From: Callorhinchus milii
Lineage: Eukaryota
Direction: 5' to 3'
Assembly: GCF_018977255.1 (NCBI RefSeq)
Contig: NW_024704743.1
Span: 54,190,001-54,254,000 of the forward strand
DNA: 64,000 bases
The notes beneath the pieces were generated by a model. That model ran no database searches and was not told where the DNA came from. It was given only the letters and a program-made list of their open reading frames with translations. The stretch's first letter is position 1, and each line of letters begins with the position of its first letter. Positions 49,790 through 61,985 of the stretch are shown in pieces. Made by a program: the position numbers and the translations under genes.

Positions 49790-50360
49790 GTCTCAAAGAG
49801 CGTCACAGGATTTTTACTGTCAAGTGAAATGACTGTGTATTTCACAAACACAGCAGCCAATGTGCACCCAACAATGTCTTACTAATAGCCATTGAATGAA
49901 TGAACACTTTTTTTTATTTGGGGGATTATTGGGCAGGACACCAGGAGAAACTCCCCTCTCTTTTCGAATAATGACATGAAATCTTTTAACATCCACCTGA
50001 ATAGGCAAATGGGACCTTGTGTTAGTGTTTCATCACCACCTCGAATAATGCAGCACACCCCACTACTGCATTGGAATGTCACCAGAGACGATATGAGTTT
50101 CAAGTCCGAATGTAGGCTTGAACCTGTAATTCTCTAACTCAGAGGCAACAGTGCTACCAACTGAACCAGCCTGACCACCGGAGCAGGCAGAGGAGGTCTC
50201 GAGATTTCAAGTTATCTCATCAGCAGGACAGCATCTCCAGGAATGTGATGCTCTCCATAGTATCAGCCTAGACTATGAGCTCATGTCCCGACATGGGGTT
50301 TGCGCCCACATCCTTCTGACTCAGAGGCGAGAGTAATACCAATTGAGTCTGGCTGACACT
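49790..50360 (-). mobile_element. Two tandem family B SINE pieces
   Basis: Heads end at ~50175 and ~50360; Deu block at ~49850-49900. Confidence 0.82.
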
Positions 50361-50684
50361 TGAACATAAACATGCCATCAGAAGAAGCAAGAAAACTGAT
50401 CTTTTGGCAAATATCCTGGGGGGAAAGTGGAGGTTCATTTGCAAATAGGGTATTTTAAGTTGTTAGTTTTAATGTAGAGATATCTATTGCATTTGTCATA
50501 ACAAATAGTTGTAAAATGTAAATCATTTTTGACATGTGTTAATTTTGGAATGGGCGGCACATTAAACCTATCATGAAATGACAAGATGAATTCCAAAGAT
50601 AAATCCAGGGACTTTTGCTGTTATTAACTGTGAAAAAATACACAATCCACACTCTGTATATTAAAATGGATGGACTGAAGTCAA

Positions 50685-50898
50685 AGAGGCCTTGTCTCTT
50701 GCCAACCTGCACCTAATACTCTCAGCAATTAGATAAGCAGGATGTGTCCCTCCAGGGAGAGAGTGCACATTCCATTTCAATTCACAGGAATTTCCATGTA
50801 TAGGTGGGATGCATGGAACTCTCTTTTTAATTTGGATACTTATATGTACACTGATGGGCTTCAGCATGTATCAGACACCCGGCTTGTCCAAAAAAAAA
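50685..50898 (+). repeat. Family U 3' part with poly(A)
   Basis: ttgccaacctgcacctaatac...tccctccagggagagagtgcacattcc...tcagacacccggcttgtccaaaaaaaaa. Confidence 0.85.
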
Positions 50899-51534
50899 GG
50901 TAACAGAGGAGGGGCTATTTTGTGAGATTCACTTATTAGCTTCCCACACATAAAAATCAGGTACATGATCGGGGCGATTTAGAACTGTGTGCAGGTAGCC
51001 CAGTGTTGCCAATTTTTCCCTCCTTCCTTTCTTTCCTGTGGAGAAGTGCCCCTCCTCCCACCCCCCACCCGAAAGTCACTGTATGGGCACAACAGGTGCA
51101 AGCCCAAGTGCCACCAGTGCGTGCCAATGTGAAACTGGTAGCCATGAGGCTAAGCAGCAGGTTATGCCACAAAGGAATTTGAGAGTTCTCCCAGCTAAGC
51201 CACACTGATCCACCTGAATAGGCAGAAAGAGACCTCAAGACCTCAAGTTGTCTCATCTCAAGTACAGCATATCCAGGAATGCTGTGCTCCCACTTAGTGT
51301 CAGCCTAGACTGTGAGCTCATCCTTCTGTGGGATGTTGAATGCACATTCTTTGACTCAGAGGTGAGAGTGCTACCAACTGAGCCAGGCTGACCCATCCTC
51401 AATAGATAGTTTTGGGTACCCTACCTTCAAAATGTTCAGAGTAGTATGGGAAGGATGATTCTGGGACTCCAAGCGCTAGACTTGTTTTCACTGACGAAAA
51501 AGAAGGTTGGGAGCCATGATTGAGAACATTACTG

Positions 51535-51690
51535 TATCAGAATCATAGAATTATACAGCACAGAAGGAGGCCATTCAGCCCATTGTGTCTGTGCCGGCTC
51601 TTTGAAAAGAGCTATCCAATTCAATCCCATTCCCCCGCTCTCTTCCCATAGCCCGACAGACTTGTCCTCCCCAAATAATTATCTAAATGA
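51535..51690 (-). mobile_element. CR1 LINE 3' end
   Basis: agaatcatagaattatacagcacagaaggaggccattcagcccattgtgtctgtgccggctc. Confidence 0.8.
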
Positions 51691-52324
51691 TATTGGATGA
51701 TATACATGCATAAATTATACATTTGACTTAGACCATGTGTGCAGATTTGGAGAGCACAGGTTCACAGTTAACACGCCTCAAATGAGAATAACATTTAAAG
51801 TCTTTCCCAACCAAGCTGTGGATGTGTGAAACACACTTCCAGTAAATGTAGGCAGGCATGATGGCACCTCTGACAATGCAACACTTCCCCAGCACTACAG
51901 TGCCAGCCTAGACCAATGAAGTGCCAGCCTAGACCAATAGTTATCACATCCATGTCACACGTTGTAATTTTCAGCTGTTATTATGCTGCTAGTCCAATCC
52001 GCCATGAAGTAATTTTACTAAATGATGAACAACATATTGCTTATTCAAATGGCTCTTTTCCACATACACTGCGGCATGATGTACTCTCCTGTCTTTAAAT
52101 TTGTTTTTAAATTTGTCTTTAAATTAAATATTTACCGAAATGATGGTTTACCTAAAAAATAACTTGCACTTGCTGTAGCACGTCATGTTGAAGTGTATCA
52201 AAGTGCTTCATACAATGAGTTACTTTAAATTGTATTCGTTGTTATTATTTATCCCCAAATCCCCCCCCAAAAGAATAAAATGAATGATCAGTTATGGTTT
52301 TGTAGTGAATTTGGATGGGGACAA

Positions 52325-52742
52325 AATAATAATAATAATATTATTAATAATAATAATAATCCTTGCATTTGACACAGCATCTATAAAGTAATATATCTCA
52401 AAAGCTATCTATCTTTCGTATATCTCCACAGCGAATTACAGTGCAGTGTAGTGGCTGTATTTGTAGGAGAAAGCAGCAGCCTATTTACACAAAGTAAATA
52501 GTGGTGAAGTGACTGACCAATTTTATCAGGAAGATTGTTGGTGAGAACACAAGCAGAAACTCCCTCGCCTTTCAAATAGTGTCATGGGATCATTAACATC
52601 CACTTAACAGGACCTTGGTTTAACATCTCATCCAAAGAACGACATCTCTGACAGTCGACCTAGATTATGTCCCTATGTGGGATTAGAAACCACATCCTTC
52701 AGACCCAGAAGCAGGAATGTTTCCAACCAACAAAGCTGACAT
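52325..52742 (-). mobile_element. Family B SINE with an expanded (AAT)n tail
   Basis: Tail, body tcaaatagtgtcatgggatc and head ccaaccaacaaagctgaca. Confidence 0.8.
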
Positions 52743-52749
52743 TTACCAA

Positions 52750-53050
52750 CTAAACCAAACTCTCTCTATCATACTTGATTACAATACAATAAAATAAACA
52801 AGACACAATATAAATATAATAAAAAGTACCACCACCAACAGAGAACATCACATAGTCCTGAACCCATATCCCAGCACGAGTCACAGCCTCCTGGAGAAGG
52901 GGGAACAAATCTGAAGGGGTGGAGGGGACAGGATACACCACAGTTGTACAGCGTACAACATCCAGTATCACAATCTGCCTCAGCACAGCCTTGCTGGAGC
53001 CATTTATAGTGGCATCTTGCCAGGGGAGTTTACGGGGCGGGTTGTTCCCA
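52750..53050 (-). mobile_element. Possible Tx1/L1-clade 3' fragment
   Basis: The minus ORF contains DVVRCTTV...DLFPLL...VQDYV followed by T-rich, 3'UTR-like sequence; weak, judged by eye. Confidence 0.3.
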
Positions 53051-55282
53051 GCTGGTTCAGGATTTATCTGCCCGAAAAGTCTGCCAAAGTGATGAATTAC
53101 CTGAGGCACGCGCCATGTCAGTCTGTGTGCAGGAGCATGTCAGGAGATTGGCATCTAGTTGTTTATGCTGGTCTGATGGAAGGCCCCTGATTCAGTTTGT
53201 TTGGAATCTAGAGTCAAGAGGTGGGAGGTTGCATTGCACAGATCAAGGTAAATAACTCCACACGAGTAATTTTGCTGCTCATCAGCTGCAGATTCGCAAC
53301 ATAGAGGGAATATACAGTTGTAGTTTGCAAACAAGGCTTCAACATGATATTGTATTATTGGCTTTTTGCAGCTGAAAGGATTCCTGGGTAAGCTGCACAT
53401 ATCTATTAAACTTTATTAACACACTTATATAATCTTGAAAAGAAGATGATATTGAAAGTCACTCATCGTATGTTGCAGCTGTATTTAATGCTACCGACAG
53501 CCTGACAGAATTTGCACAGAAAGAGCACAATCTACGTGAGTTAGCGAAGGCAGCCAAATACCACTTCTCAGTAAACGCCAGTGAGCTCAGTACAACCTGC
53601 TATTTATTGTGTGTTTGGTTAGACTGCGAGAACTGACAAAATAAGTAAAGCGACCAAAAAGTTCAATTATTGAAAAAACATTGTTGGAGAAATATGGAGG
53701 TGGTTTGCCCTGCGAGCTGCGTACAACATGATTCAAGGAAACAATCATAATAATAATAATCCTTGCATTTGACAGATGATATTGACAGGTCACTGAGACG
53801 TCTCAAAGCGCTTCAAGGTTTATTGTCTCGCCTCTCATAGCTTCACATGTAACTTGCTTTAAATGAACTATGAATGGACTCAATTGTGTGGCTCCCTGTG
53901 ATTTTCCTTAATGACCACTTCAGCTTTGAACGGAGGGGGCAGGGGAGGATGGGTGAGGGTGGGGGGCGAGGGGGATGGTGGTGGTGTGGATATTAAAGAG
54001 AGACAACCATAATAGCAGCATACCTATGCAATAATGAAATACAACTTGGAATCAATCATCACCAATAACCAATAATAGAGGTGTTATTGGTATAATAATA
54101 ATCCTTGCATCTGATATAGGGACTTTCCATATCACCAAAGCGCTGAGGCGTCCACCTGATGTGAAAAGCACTATATCAAATGATAAGGAGTATTATTATA
54201 AACGGTTGCTTCACCTGTGCTAAGAAGCATCTGTAACAACTGCTGTTGTTTGGTTTGGGGATAAACGTATAAAGAATAAACCTCAACTAAGCAACGTAGA
54301 TTAAAAACAGCAGTGCTTATGAGCGTGAGATCAGATTCCCTGAATGGGTGAGGATGCATCAGGCACAACAATGTGTGATACACTTGGGTGTATTAAAGTT
54401 GACGCATCTGCTGCTAAACAGTCAGGATTAGCAGCTGCTCCCCATGGGAGGTGGGATAGGGCACTGACTACCCTGGCTGCTTGTTCAATGCCAAGTAATT
54501 GAGCTAAAATCATTGAAAGAATGGCATCACAATTTTTTTAATCTAATGTATGGACAAAGACTCTGTGGATAATTCACTTTGTTTTGAGATTCAAGGTGTG
54601 AACAAAAAATAGCAAACGTGGTGGCAAAAAAACGAGCGTTGATTGGAAGGATGGCATCTCACTGCTGACATCTAGTTATAAACCCAGTGATACCTGGAGA
54701 GCACTGTGAGGAAGAAGATTTTGTAACTCAGTAGCGTAGAACTGAGAGCACATGGCTGGCCTGCTTTGCATTGTGTGATTTCATTCAACAGTCAAAGCCT
54801 CTTGAAATAGATGCAATTAGCTGGAACTGCACTGAATATGTTTAACCAGATCTCGTCATGTGGTTTACAGTCACAGTGCAACAGAGAGATTTTTTTGCAA
54901 AGACGTGCTCTGAGATCTACCTTATAAAAATTCACTATTTAGTCGGAGGATACTTATTAAGTGGGGAGGTCGACATTCTGTTATTTTTATGGTGCTCTTT
55001 GAAAAAATGTTTTAAAAGATTTAGTTGGCAATTAAAGCCTATTAGTCGCAAAAAAAATCAAGCAACAAAACAATCAAGCGACCAACTGACAGAGCAGCAG
55101 TTAAATGATGTGTGACATCTTTTTGCCAACAAGCTGATCAATTATCAAACCTCTGCTTTGCACTTGGATAGAGACATTTTGTTTACTTTCAATGGATAAT
55201 TGCTTAATTCTCCTCGATCATAAAATGAAGTTGTCATTTTGACAAGTTAAGTAAATATGATCTAAACAGTCAGATCTTTGCT

Positions 55283-55444
55283 GGGGAAAAAAATTCATCC
55301 AAGTCTAGATTTACTCTATTTTATTTATTTATCTATTACAGAGTAAACTGAAGTTTGGCAAACTATTGAATTTAGACTTAATCCAGGACACCTTTAAAAG
55401 ATAAGAAAATTGAGTGAATCTAGACCCACGTGGAATTTCTCCCC
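55283..55444. mobile_element. Hairpin MITE (same family as 42152-42373)
   Basis: Left end ggggaaaaaaattcatccaagtctagatttactc; right end gagtgaatctagacccacgtggaatttctcccc. Confidence 0.7.
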
Positions 55445-55464
55445 TTCAGTGTATCAAAGGATTA

Positions 55465-55865
55465 TTTGGCTGGTTCATTTGGTAGCACTTGTGCCTCTGA
55501 ATCAGAGGGTTGTGAGCTCAAGCCCAATGTTGAGACTTTGAACTCACATTGTCCAGGTAGAATGACATTGCAATGTGGTGCTTGAGGTGCGTTATATTGT
55601 TGGAAATGTTGTCCTTACAATGCAAATCTACATTTATATAATGCTTTTCACATTAGGAGGGCATCCCAAAGTACTTAACAGAACTGGCTGAGTAACTGAG
55701 CTAAGGATGTTGGAAAGATGACCAAAAGCATAGTCAAAGAGGTAGGTCTTGAGATGGTCCTTAAGATGAGATGTTAAATTGAGGTCCTGTCTCCTTGTTC
55801 AGGTGTACGTTAAAGCTACCGTTGGACCATTCAAAAGTGAATGAGTTTTTCCTGGTGTCCTGGCC
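55465..55865 (+). mobile_element. Family B SINE 5' half with an antisense L2 3' fragment (~55618-55762) inserted
   Basis: The SINE rejoins across gttgtcctta...ggtccttaagatgagatgttaaattgagg. Confidence 0.8.
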
Positions 55866-56639
55866 TCTTTTGTCCACAAAGAGTGTTAGGATGATGAATG
55901 TGGATTCAACACAGATCCATTGATGCTCTGAGGCTGCTAGGAATCACTCTAGCTCACTCTGTGGATATGTTGTACTTGGTAGTGACTCTCATCTGCCTGA
56001 AATTCCACCTTGTTTTACCCTATATAAAAAAAACATGTTGACTTAAAATTTAAAATCATGGAGAATTGTGGACATTTCTTAAATTCAGACTTAATTTTGA
56101 AGCCAGTTATTTTTAAGAAACGGAAAACATGCTTCCAAATTAAGCTGAACCTGTGAATTTTCCACAGTGCTGTGCAATCATAAACTTTGATACAAATTGG
56201 TCTTACAAGCTAAGACCAGGTGGAAATTGGCCCTCCCCAGACTTGCTATTATGTCTTGTCATTGATCCAGTGGTGTAAATATGCACCTTCTTTTCACCAA
56301 GCAGTGAGATTGTCCAGCACAACCAGCACCTCAAGTTATGTTGCTGGTGCCCAGCCATTAGCACAGAGCGTGTGCATAATATTATCAGTCAAACATGCTG
56401 TGGAGGTGTGTTTGTGAGAAGCAGTTTAAGCAGGCAGCTCTCATTGATTCTGGCTCCTCTGTCTGAGCGGGAATTGGATCATTAAATACAAATGTAAAGA
56501 GCTGTTGGAAGCATTGAGTTAAAAAAAACTCACCTTCTTTGTCAAGGATAACATTTAGCATCATTTCACTAAGTAGACTGGTGCCAGACTGTAATTTAAG
56601 CATGTCTCTGCAGGTCCTATTCATACTGTGTGTGCAGGT

Positions 56640-56840
56640 TTCTCTTTCAGTGGCTCTCTCTTTCCGTATCTTTGACTCTGTGTCTTTATATTTTTCTCTC
56701 TGCCTTTATCAGTGACTCTGTTTCACTCTTTTGAGTTTCTTTATGTTTTTCATGTTCGTTCATCTTTTTCTCTCTCTGTTTTTCTCTTTTGCTTTCTCTT
56801 TCTACCTATTTCCTTTGTGTCTTTTTCTCTCACTGTGTCT
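56640..56840. repeat. CT-rich low-complexity tract
   Basis: Degenerate (TC)n/(TCTG)n. Confidence 0.85.
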
Positions 56841-56929
56841 GAGGTCAATACCCAATAGAGTCAGAATGGAGGCAGAAAGGTAGAGTTGGGTGGCATCTGC
56901 GTGCATATGAAAGTATGCCTGGGAAGCAT

Positions 56930-57250
56930 GTAATAATAAAATAATAAACCTTGCATTTGGCATGGCGTCTATCATGTTGGAAAGGCATCTCAAAATGCTT
57001 CCAGGATTTACTGTGAAATGCAGTGACTATGCATTTGCAGGGAAACACAGCAGTCCAATTGCACACAGCAATATCCCACAAACAGCCATAAAACGAATGA
57101 CCAATTTTATTTGGGGGGATTGTTGGCCAGGACATTCTATTTCCAAACAGTGCCGTGGGATTTTTAACATCCACCTGAACAGGCAGACGGGAACTTGGTT
57201 TAACATCTCATCCGAAGGATGGCATCTCCAACAATGCAACACCTCCCCAG
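56930..57250 (-). mobile_element. Family B SINE lacking its head; a small L2 RT scrap lies just left of it
   Basis: Tail, Deu block and body present; 56860-56925 encodes FHMHADATQLYLS on the minus strand. Confidence 0.85.
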
Positions 57251-57377
57251 CAAATTTGATTGTCAGTGTGAGTTCAAATCCTGATATTTCCTGATATGAA
57301 AGGCATTTATCAAATGCAAGGATTATTATTATTTTCGTTCTCTTAAGGGAGAGGTGAAATTAACAGTCAATATGCCT

Positions 57378-57612
57378 GTTTCTTTTTCTCTCTGTTTCTT
57401 TTTTTCTGACTCTATCTGTTTGTATCTATTTTTTGTATCTATTTTTCTGTGTTTTCTGTTACTCCCTTTCGTCTTCTGTTTGTCTGTCCATCTGTCTTCT
57501 GCTTCTCTATGTGTGACTGTGTTCCTCTCTCTGTTTCTGTGTTTCTCTTTCTCCTATCTGATTGTCTGTCCATCTGTGTGTGCATACCTCTCTCTCTCTG
57601 CTTTTCTATCTG
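57378..57612. repeat. CT-rich low-complexity tract
   Basis: Degenerate (TC)n/(TCTG)n/(TCTA)n. Confidence 0.85.
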
Positions 57613-58182
57613 TGTGGAGCCCAAATGCTTTACCCTCTCACTTTCTTATACTGCACCTGATTACCAGGGATACTGTAGTGACCATGTCTGTCTATCCATT
57701 CATCGTCCCATGTCATGCCAAAAGTGAGCATTCTGTCTTCCAGATAATCGGATCCTCAACAAAGATATGAGACGCTAATTCAATTACAGTAAATGTGTTG
57801 AAGCTAAAAGAGCTGGTCCACGCATTATTACTGTAAACATTTACCATTTGTTTAAAATAGTATTTTCTAAAAATAAATTTATTTTAAAAAAACAAGGCCA
57901 CCCAAGAATCAGATTTATGTTTTGCAGTTATTCACATTGAGGTAAGCTTTCAAGGCAGTTTTGTATTTAATACACAGGTTGATGCCCAACGTTTATGGGC
58001 ACAGTAATACCCAGACAGATGGACAGGGACAGCTTAATGCTGTCCTTTCATGCTTCACAAAGCATAATCTGTATGTTTTATTCCATTCACAGAACACTCC
58101 TAATAAAATGTGCGTTGCCCTTTCAGTCTGCCGTTCCAACTCTCCTTTACATACAGCAGTCGCGTCCTCACTCACACAGACA

Positions 58183-58420
58183 GGCGAAGAAATTCCACCT
58201 GGTTTGTAGATTTATTCTATTTTCTTCGCATATTCAGCGTACGCAGAATTTGACAAATGTGTTGAATTCAGTCATAACTTTGAAGGTGTGTTGCTGTCCT
58301 CCTTCATGAAACAAACAGAAAACGGGTTTCAAAATTAAGACTGAATTTCCAAACAAATTTTGAACCTGTGAAATGCTAAGAAAATGAAGTAAACCTAGAC
58401 CCAGGTGAAATTTCTCGCCC
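58183..58420. mobile_element. Hairpin MITE (same family)
   Basis: Left end ggcgaagaaattccacctggtttgtagatttattc; right end aagtaaacctagacccaggtgaaatttctcgccc. Confidence 0.75.
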
Positions 58421-58470
58421 ATGGTTTATGGTTTGCCTGGCATTTGTTGCTGACCAACAACACATTGCAA

Positions 58471-58816
58471 AATAATAATAATAATCCTTCCATTTGATAT
58501 AGTGCATATATATTTTGAGACGTCTCAAGGCGCTTCACAGAATATACTGCAAAGTGAATTGACTGTATATTTTGTGGGTGAAACACGGCAGCCAATTGCA
58601 CACAGCAGTTTCCCACAAACAATCATGGATTGAGTGACCAAATTATTATTATTTAAACCAAAATATTTTTGAAGGGATTATTAGCTGAGGAAAAGTGATC
58701 CACCAAGCAACTAACAACCAGGTTCCTACTTACTACTAGGAAAACAAAGGTGTGTGGAGCAAGGAAACTTGCCCAATGTTTCGCCCTGCCGGGAATCAAA
58801 CCCAGGTCCTTTCGCT
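58471..58816 (-). mobile_element. Family A SINE (long form), head truncated
   Basis: Tail through gggaatcaaacccaggtcc; abuts an orphan MITE end ctagacccaggaggaatttctcccc. Confidence 0.9.
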
Positions 58817-60464
58817 CTAGACCCAGGAGGAATTTCTCCCCAAAATTATTCTTTTGCTTGGAGCATTTGTCCTGACTGGCAACACACTGCAAGGGAAGGG
58901 CCAGTGGGTGCTAAAGGGTTAATGCAAAAGCACTGTCTCCCTCCCTGAATTACTGTTGCAAACGGTGAGGTTTGAGAAAGGACCATCCCTCAGAGATAAC
59001 ATGGCAAGATAATGACCGGACACTGCACTACTGCCTGCTTCCCCAGCCTGGGGCACTGCCTTCAACTACTTACACTAGTTACTATTACTCTGAGTAAACC
59101 AGTGCAGCTTCCAGCACAGTTACAGTTTACAGATTACTCTCATGTTAACTCACATTGGCTGCAGCCTGTAGATCGATAGGTTAAAAGTAAAAACAATAAC
59201 ACAAATTTTTAAAAATTCCCCCCCATCTTTGCTGGCTGATCCTATTAACCATTCAAACCAGGATTTGGTCTTGGGTTTCAGTTGCAACAATTGTGACTGA
59301 CTCACTGACTGATCAAAAGGAGGCTTTTATTTAATTTAAGAACTTTTGGAAGAGCGAATTGTATTTTCATTCACGATGACTGCAGAGGAGGGAAGGAGAG
59401 AGAGGGAGGTAGGGAGAGAGAGAAAGAAACACATCAGGAAATAGATTAGTATAAAAGTGTGATCCAATTGCCTGAGAGAGTTGCAATAAATGGCTGGTAA
59501 TAGTCTGCAATCCGAGAGTCAGCTCGGCAGATCAGAAAGAGTGCCCTGTGGGTTCTTAAGCTCCAACCACCTCCTCACGTTTGCCTTTGTCCTGGCTGCT
59601 AATGGTTATAATGAATGTTCCAGTGCGTTAAATGCTGCAGTACAGGGACCACAAGCTGATGAAATCACTCAACCACTCCTCACACTTTAATCAGCTCCCT
59701 GTCCCCCTATTCCAGCGCAAAGCGCACGAAGACCTTCATTACAAGCGCATTAGTGCACCGAGGAACAGCCCTTCACAGGACCACTTCTCACATGTTGAAT
59801 TCAATTGTACAGTGAATCAATTCTGACTTTTTAAAAAAAAGTCTTTGCCGCTGTGTTAATTTCCATTAACCTCTGTGACTCTGTAGGCAGGTGGGCACAA
59901 CTGTATCTTTGCCTTCACTTTCCCCTATAGGCACCGACACGATTGTTCCCCAGGGCAGGAAAACAAGTAGGGAGTAATGTAGTTACTCAGGAGTGTATGG
60001 CTGGCTTTCCTAAATTGAAACTCCAATGATATCAAGTTTGGGAAGTAATTTTTTTTGGTGGTTCCCAGAATCAAAGCTCAGCCTGATTCTATCTGCAAGT
60101 GATGCTGTCAGATGCTTCATAAAAACAGGACAGAGAAGGCACATAATCCAGGTCCCCTGGGGCTGGACTCACAGATCAAATCATATAAGTTATTTGTAGA
60201 TACACTATCTATGCTTCGGCATTTTGAAGACCTGGGTGGTGTCCCCTCCATTTTCACTGGGAATAAGGGTTAAGTGCATATGTGAATAACCCATTTTTTG
60301 GCTTGTAGTTTTGTTTACTCATTGTTTTCTAATTTGTGTTCTCAAAACCCATTATACATTGTTCATCTACTGTGCAAAATGCTGCTAATCATGAGGGGGG
60401 GGAGTGACCACAAGAAGGAATTCATTACAGATATGAGATGTGGCTTGAAAATTCGACATTTGCA

Positions 60465-60963
60465 AATTGGAGACCAACTAGTGACTCTCCTGGGGGTGGA
60501 GGTTAAACAGGGTTTCCTTAAAACTGAACTGGCTCCAAGGTAACATGCTTGAGAACAGAATGTCAGAATCAAGCCAGCCCTCTGTGGCAGTCTGGGCAAT
60601 CCAGTTCCTGAGCCAGAGGGTCTGCAGTACTCCAGGGCACAGCTGTTGATAGCAGGACTTGAAAGGGCAGTCCAATCACTGGGGGCAGGGACTGGTCCTA
60701 CTCAGTTCCAGTTAACCCTTCAAGCCAAAGGCCTTATGAGTATGGTGGTCCGAGCTAGGCAAACAGTGGGAAATCTTGCCAGACAGCGTATTCAACAGCA
60801 AGCATGCCTTTTTAAATGGTTAGACCCCAACACACACTCTGGGATCCCCAAAACTTGGCTTTTGCCAACCTGCACCTAGTATTTACTGGAATTAAGCAGT
60901 ATGCATCCCTCCAGGGAGAGATTGCCATTCTGTTCCAATAAATATCTCTGGAATTTCCATGTA
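60465..60963 (+). repeat. Family U, long copy
   Basis: aaattggagacc...ggctccaagg...gtcagaatcaag...gcagtactccagggcac...tccctccagggagag. Confidence 0.85.
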
Positions 60964-61679
60964 TGAGGATGACTGTTTGTGGGACACTGCTGTGTGTTTG
61001 GTTGCCGCGTTTCACCCACAGTCAATTCACTTTATAGTATATTGTGTGAAGCGCTTTGAGACGGCTCAAAGAAGTGATAAGGTGCTATTTCAAATGAAAG
61101 GATTATTATATACAGATATATGTTGCCCTTCTATTTCCTACTTTCTCCCCTCCCGCTTTCTTGAAGATGTTGAATCATTTTTGCTTCAGCGATTGCCGGG
61201 GATTGTTCATGTGTATACCTTGATAGTGAGTGTTGACACACTGTTTGATTCTGGGGTAGGAAGTTTCTCTCTGTGTTCTGGGCAACAATCTCCTGAATAA
61301 AATTGGCCATTCACTTCATGGCAACACGCGCAGTTATTACACTTTACAGTATATCCTGTGAACCACTTTGAGATATCCTCCTGACAATGAATGGCACTAT
61401 ATCATATGTAAAGATTATTATTATTTTGGGGGACAATGATGGATGAGCAGGAATGGCAATCATGGGTGATTTGGAAGCCAGTTTTCTATAGTTTGAGACT
61501 CCAATCAAATCTAAATGCAAGAATTTTCCAAAATTCTGCACAGTCTTAAATTTGAAAGAAGATGGTCTTAAGCTTAGGAACCTGAGAAATCATGGGCCTC
61601 AGAAGTTTAAGATATCTTAAGCAAAATTGAACATGAATTCTATTTTACACTTTGCAAAGTGATACACCTGCGTGTACAA

Positions 61680-61985
61680 CAGCACAAACCAGTTGCATTT
61701 ATATAGCACCCTTTACACAGGATAAAGTCTCGGAGTGATTAGCAATGAAGGGATTGGGCCTGAGCGAGGGGTAAAAGGGCAGGGTGAGGTGACTGTAGGT
61801 GAGATTGAAGAGGTAGGTTTTAAGGCGGGATTTAAATATATATGGACAGGGGTGAGATGGAGGGTGGAGGAAGGGAGTGCTAAGAGGTAGGGCTGTAGTA
61901 AATTTTACACTCGACCATGCCACGGAGAGGATGGGGATGGATAGCAGACCTGAGCTAATAGAGCAGAGGGGAGGAGTACCTGCGA
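61680..61985 (-). mobile_element. L2 3' fragment
   Basis: FKSRLKTYLFNLTY; tail gttgcatttatatagcaccc. Confidence 0.82.

Noticed and set aside
51899..51938. 21 bp tandem duplication agtgccagcctagaccaat
   Set aside because: A trivial slippage duplication inside a SINE fragment.
57354..57770. 138 aa hydrophobic ORF as a membrane protein
   Set aside because: It is a translation of CT-rich low-complexity DNA.
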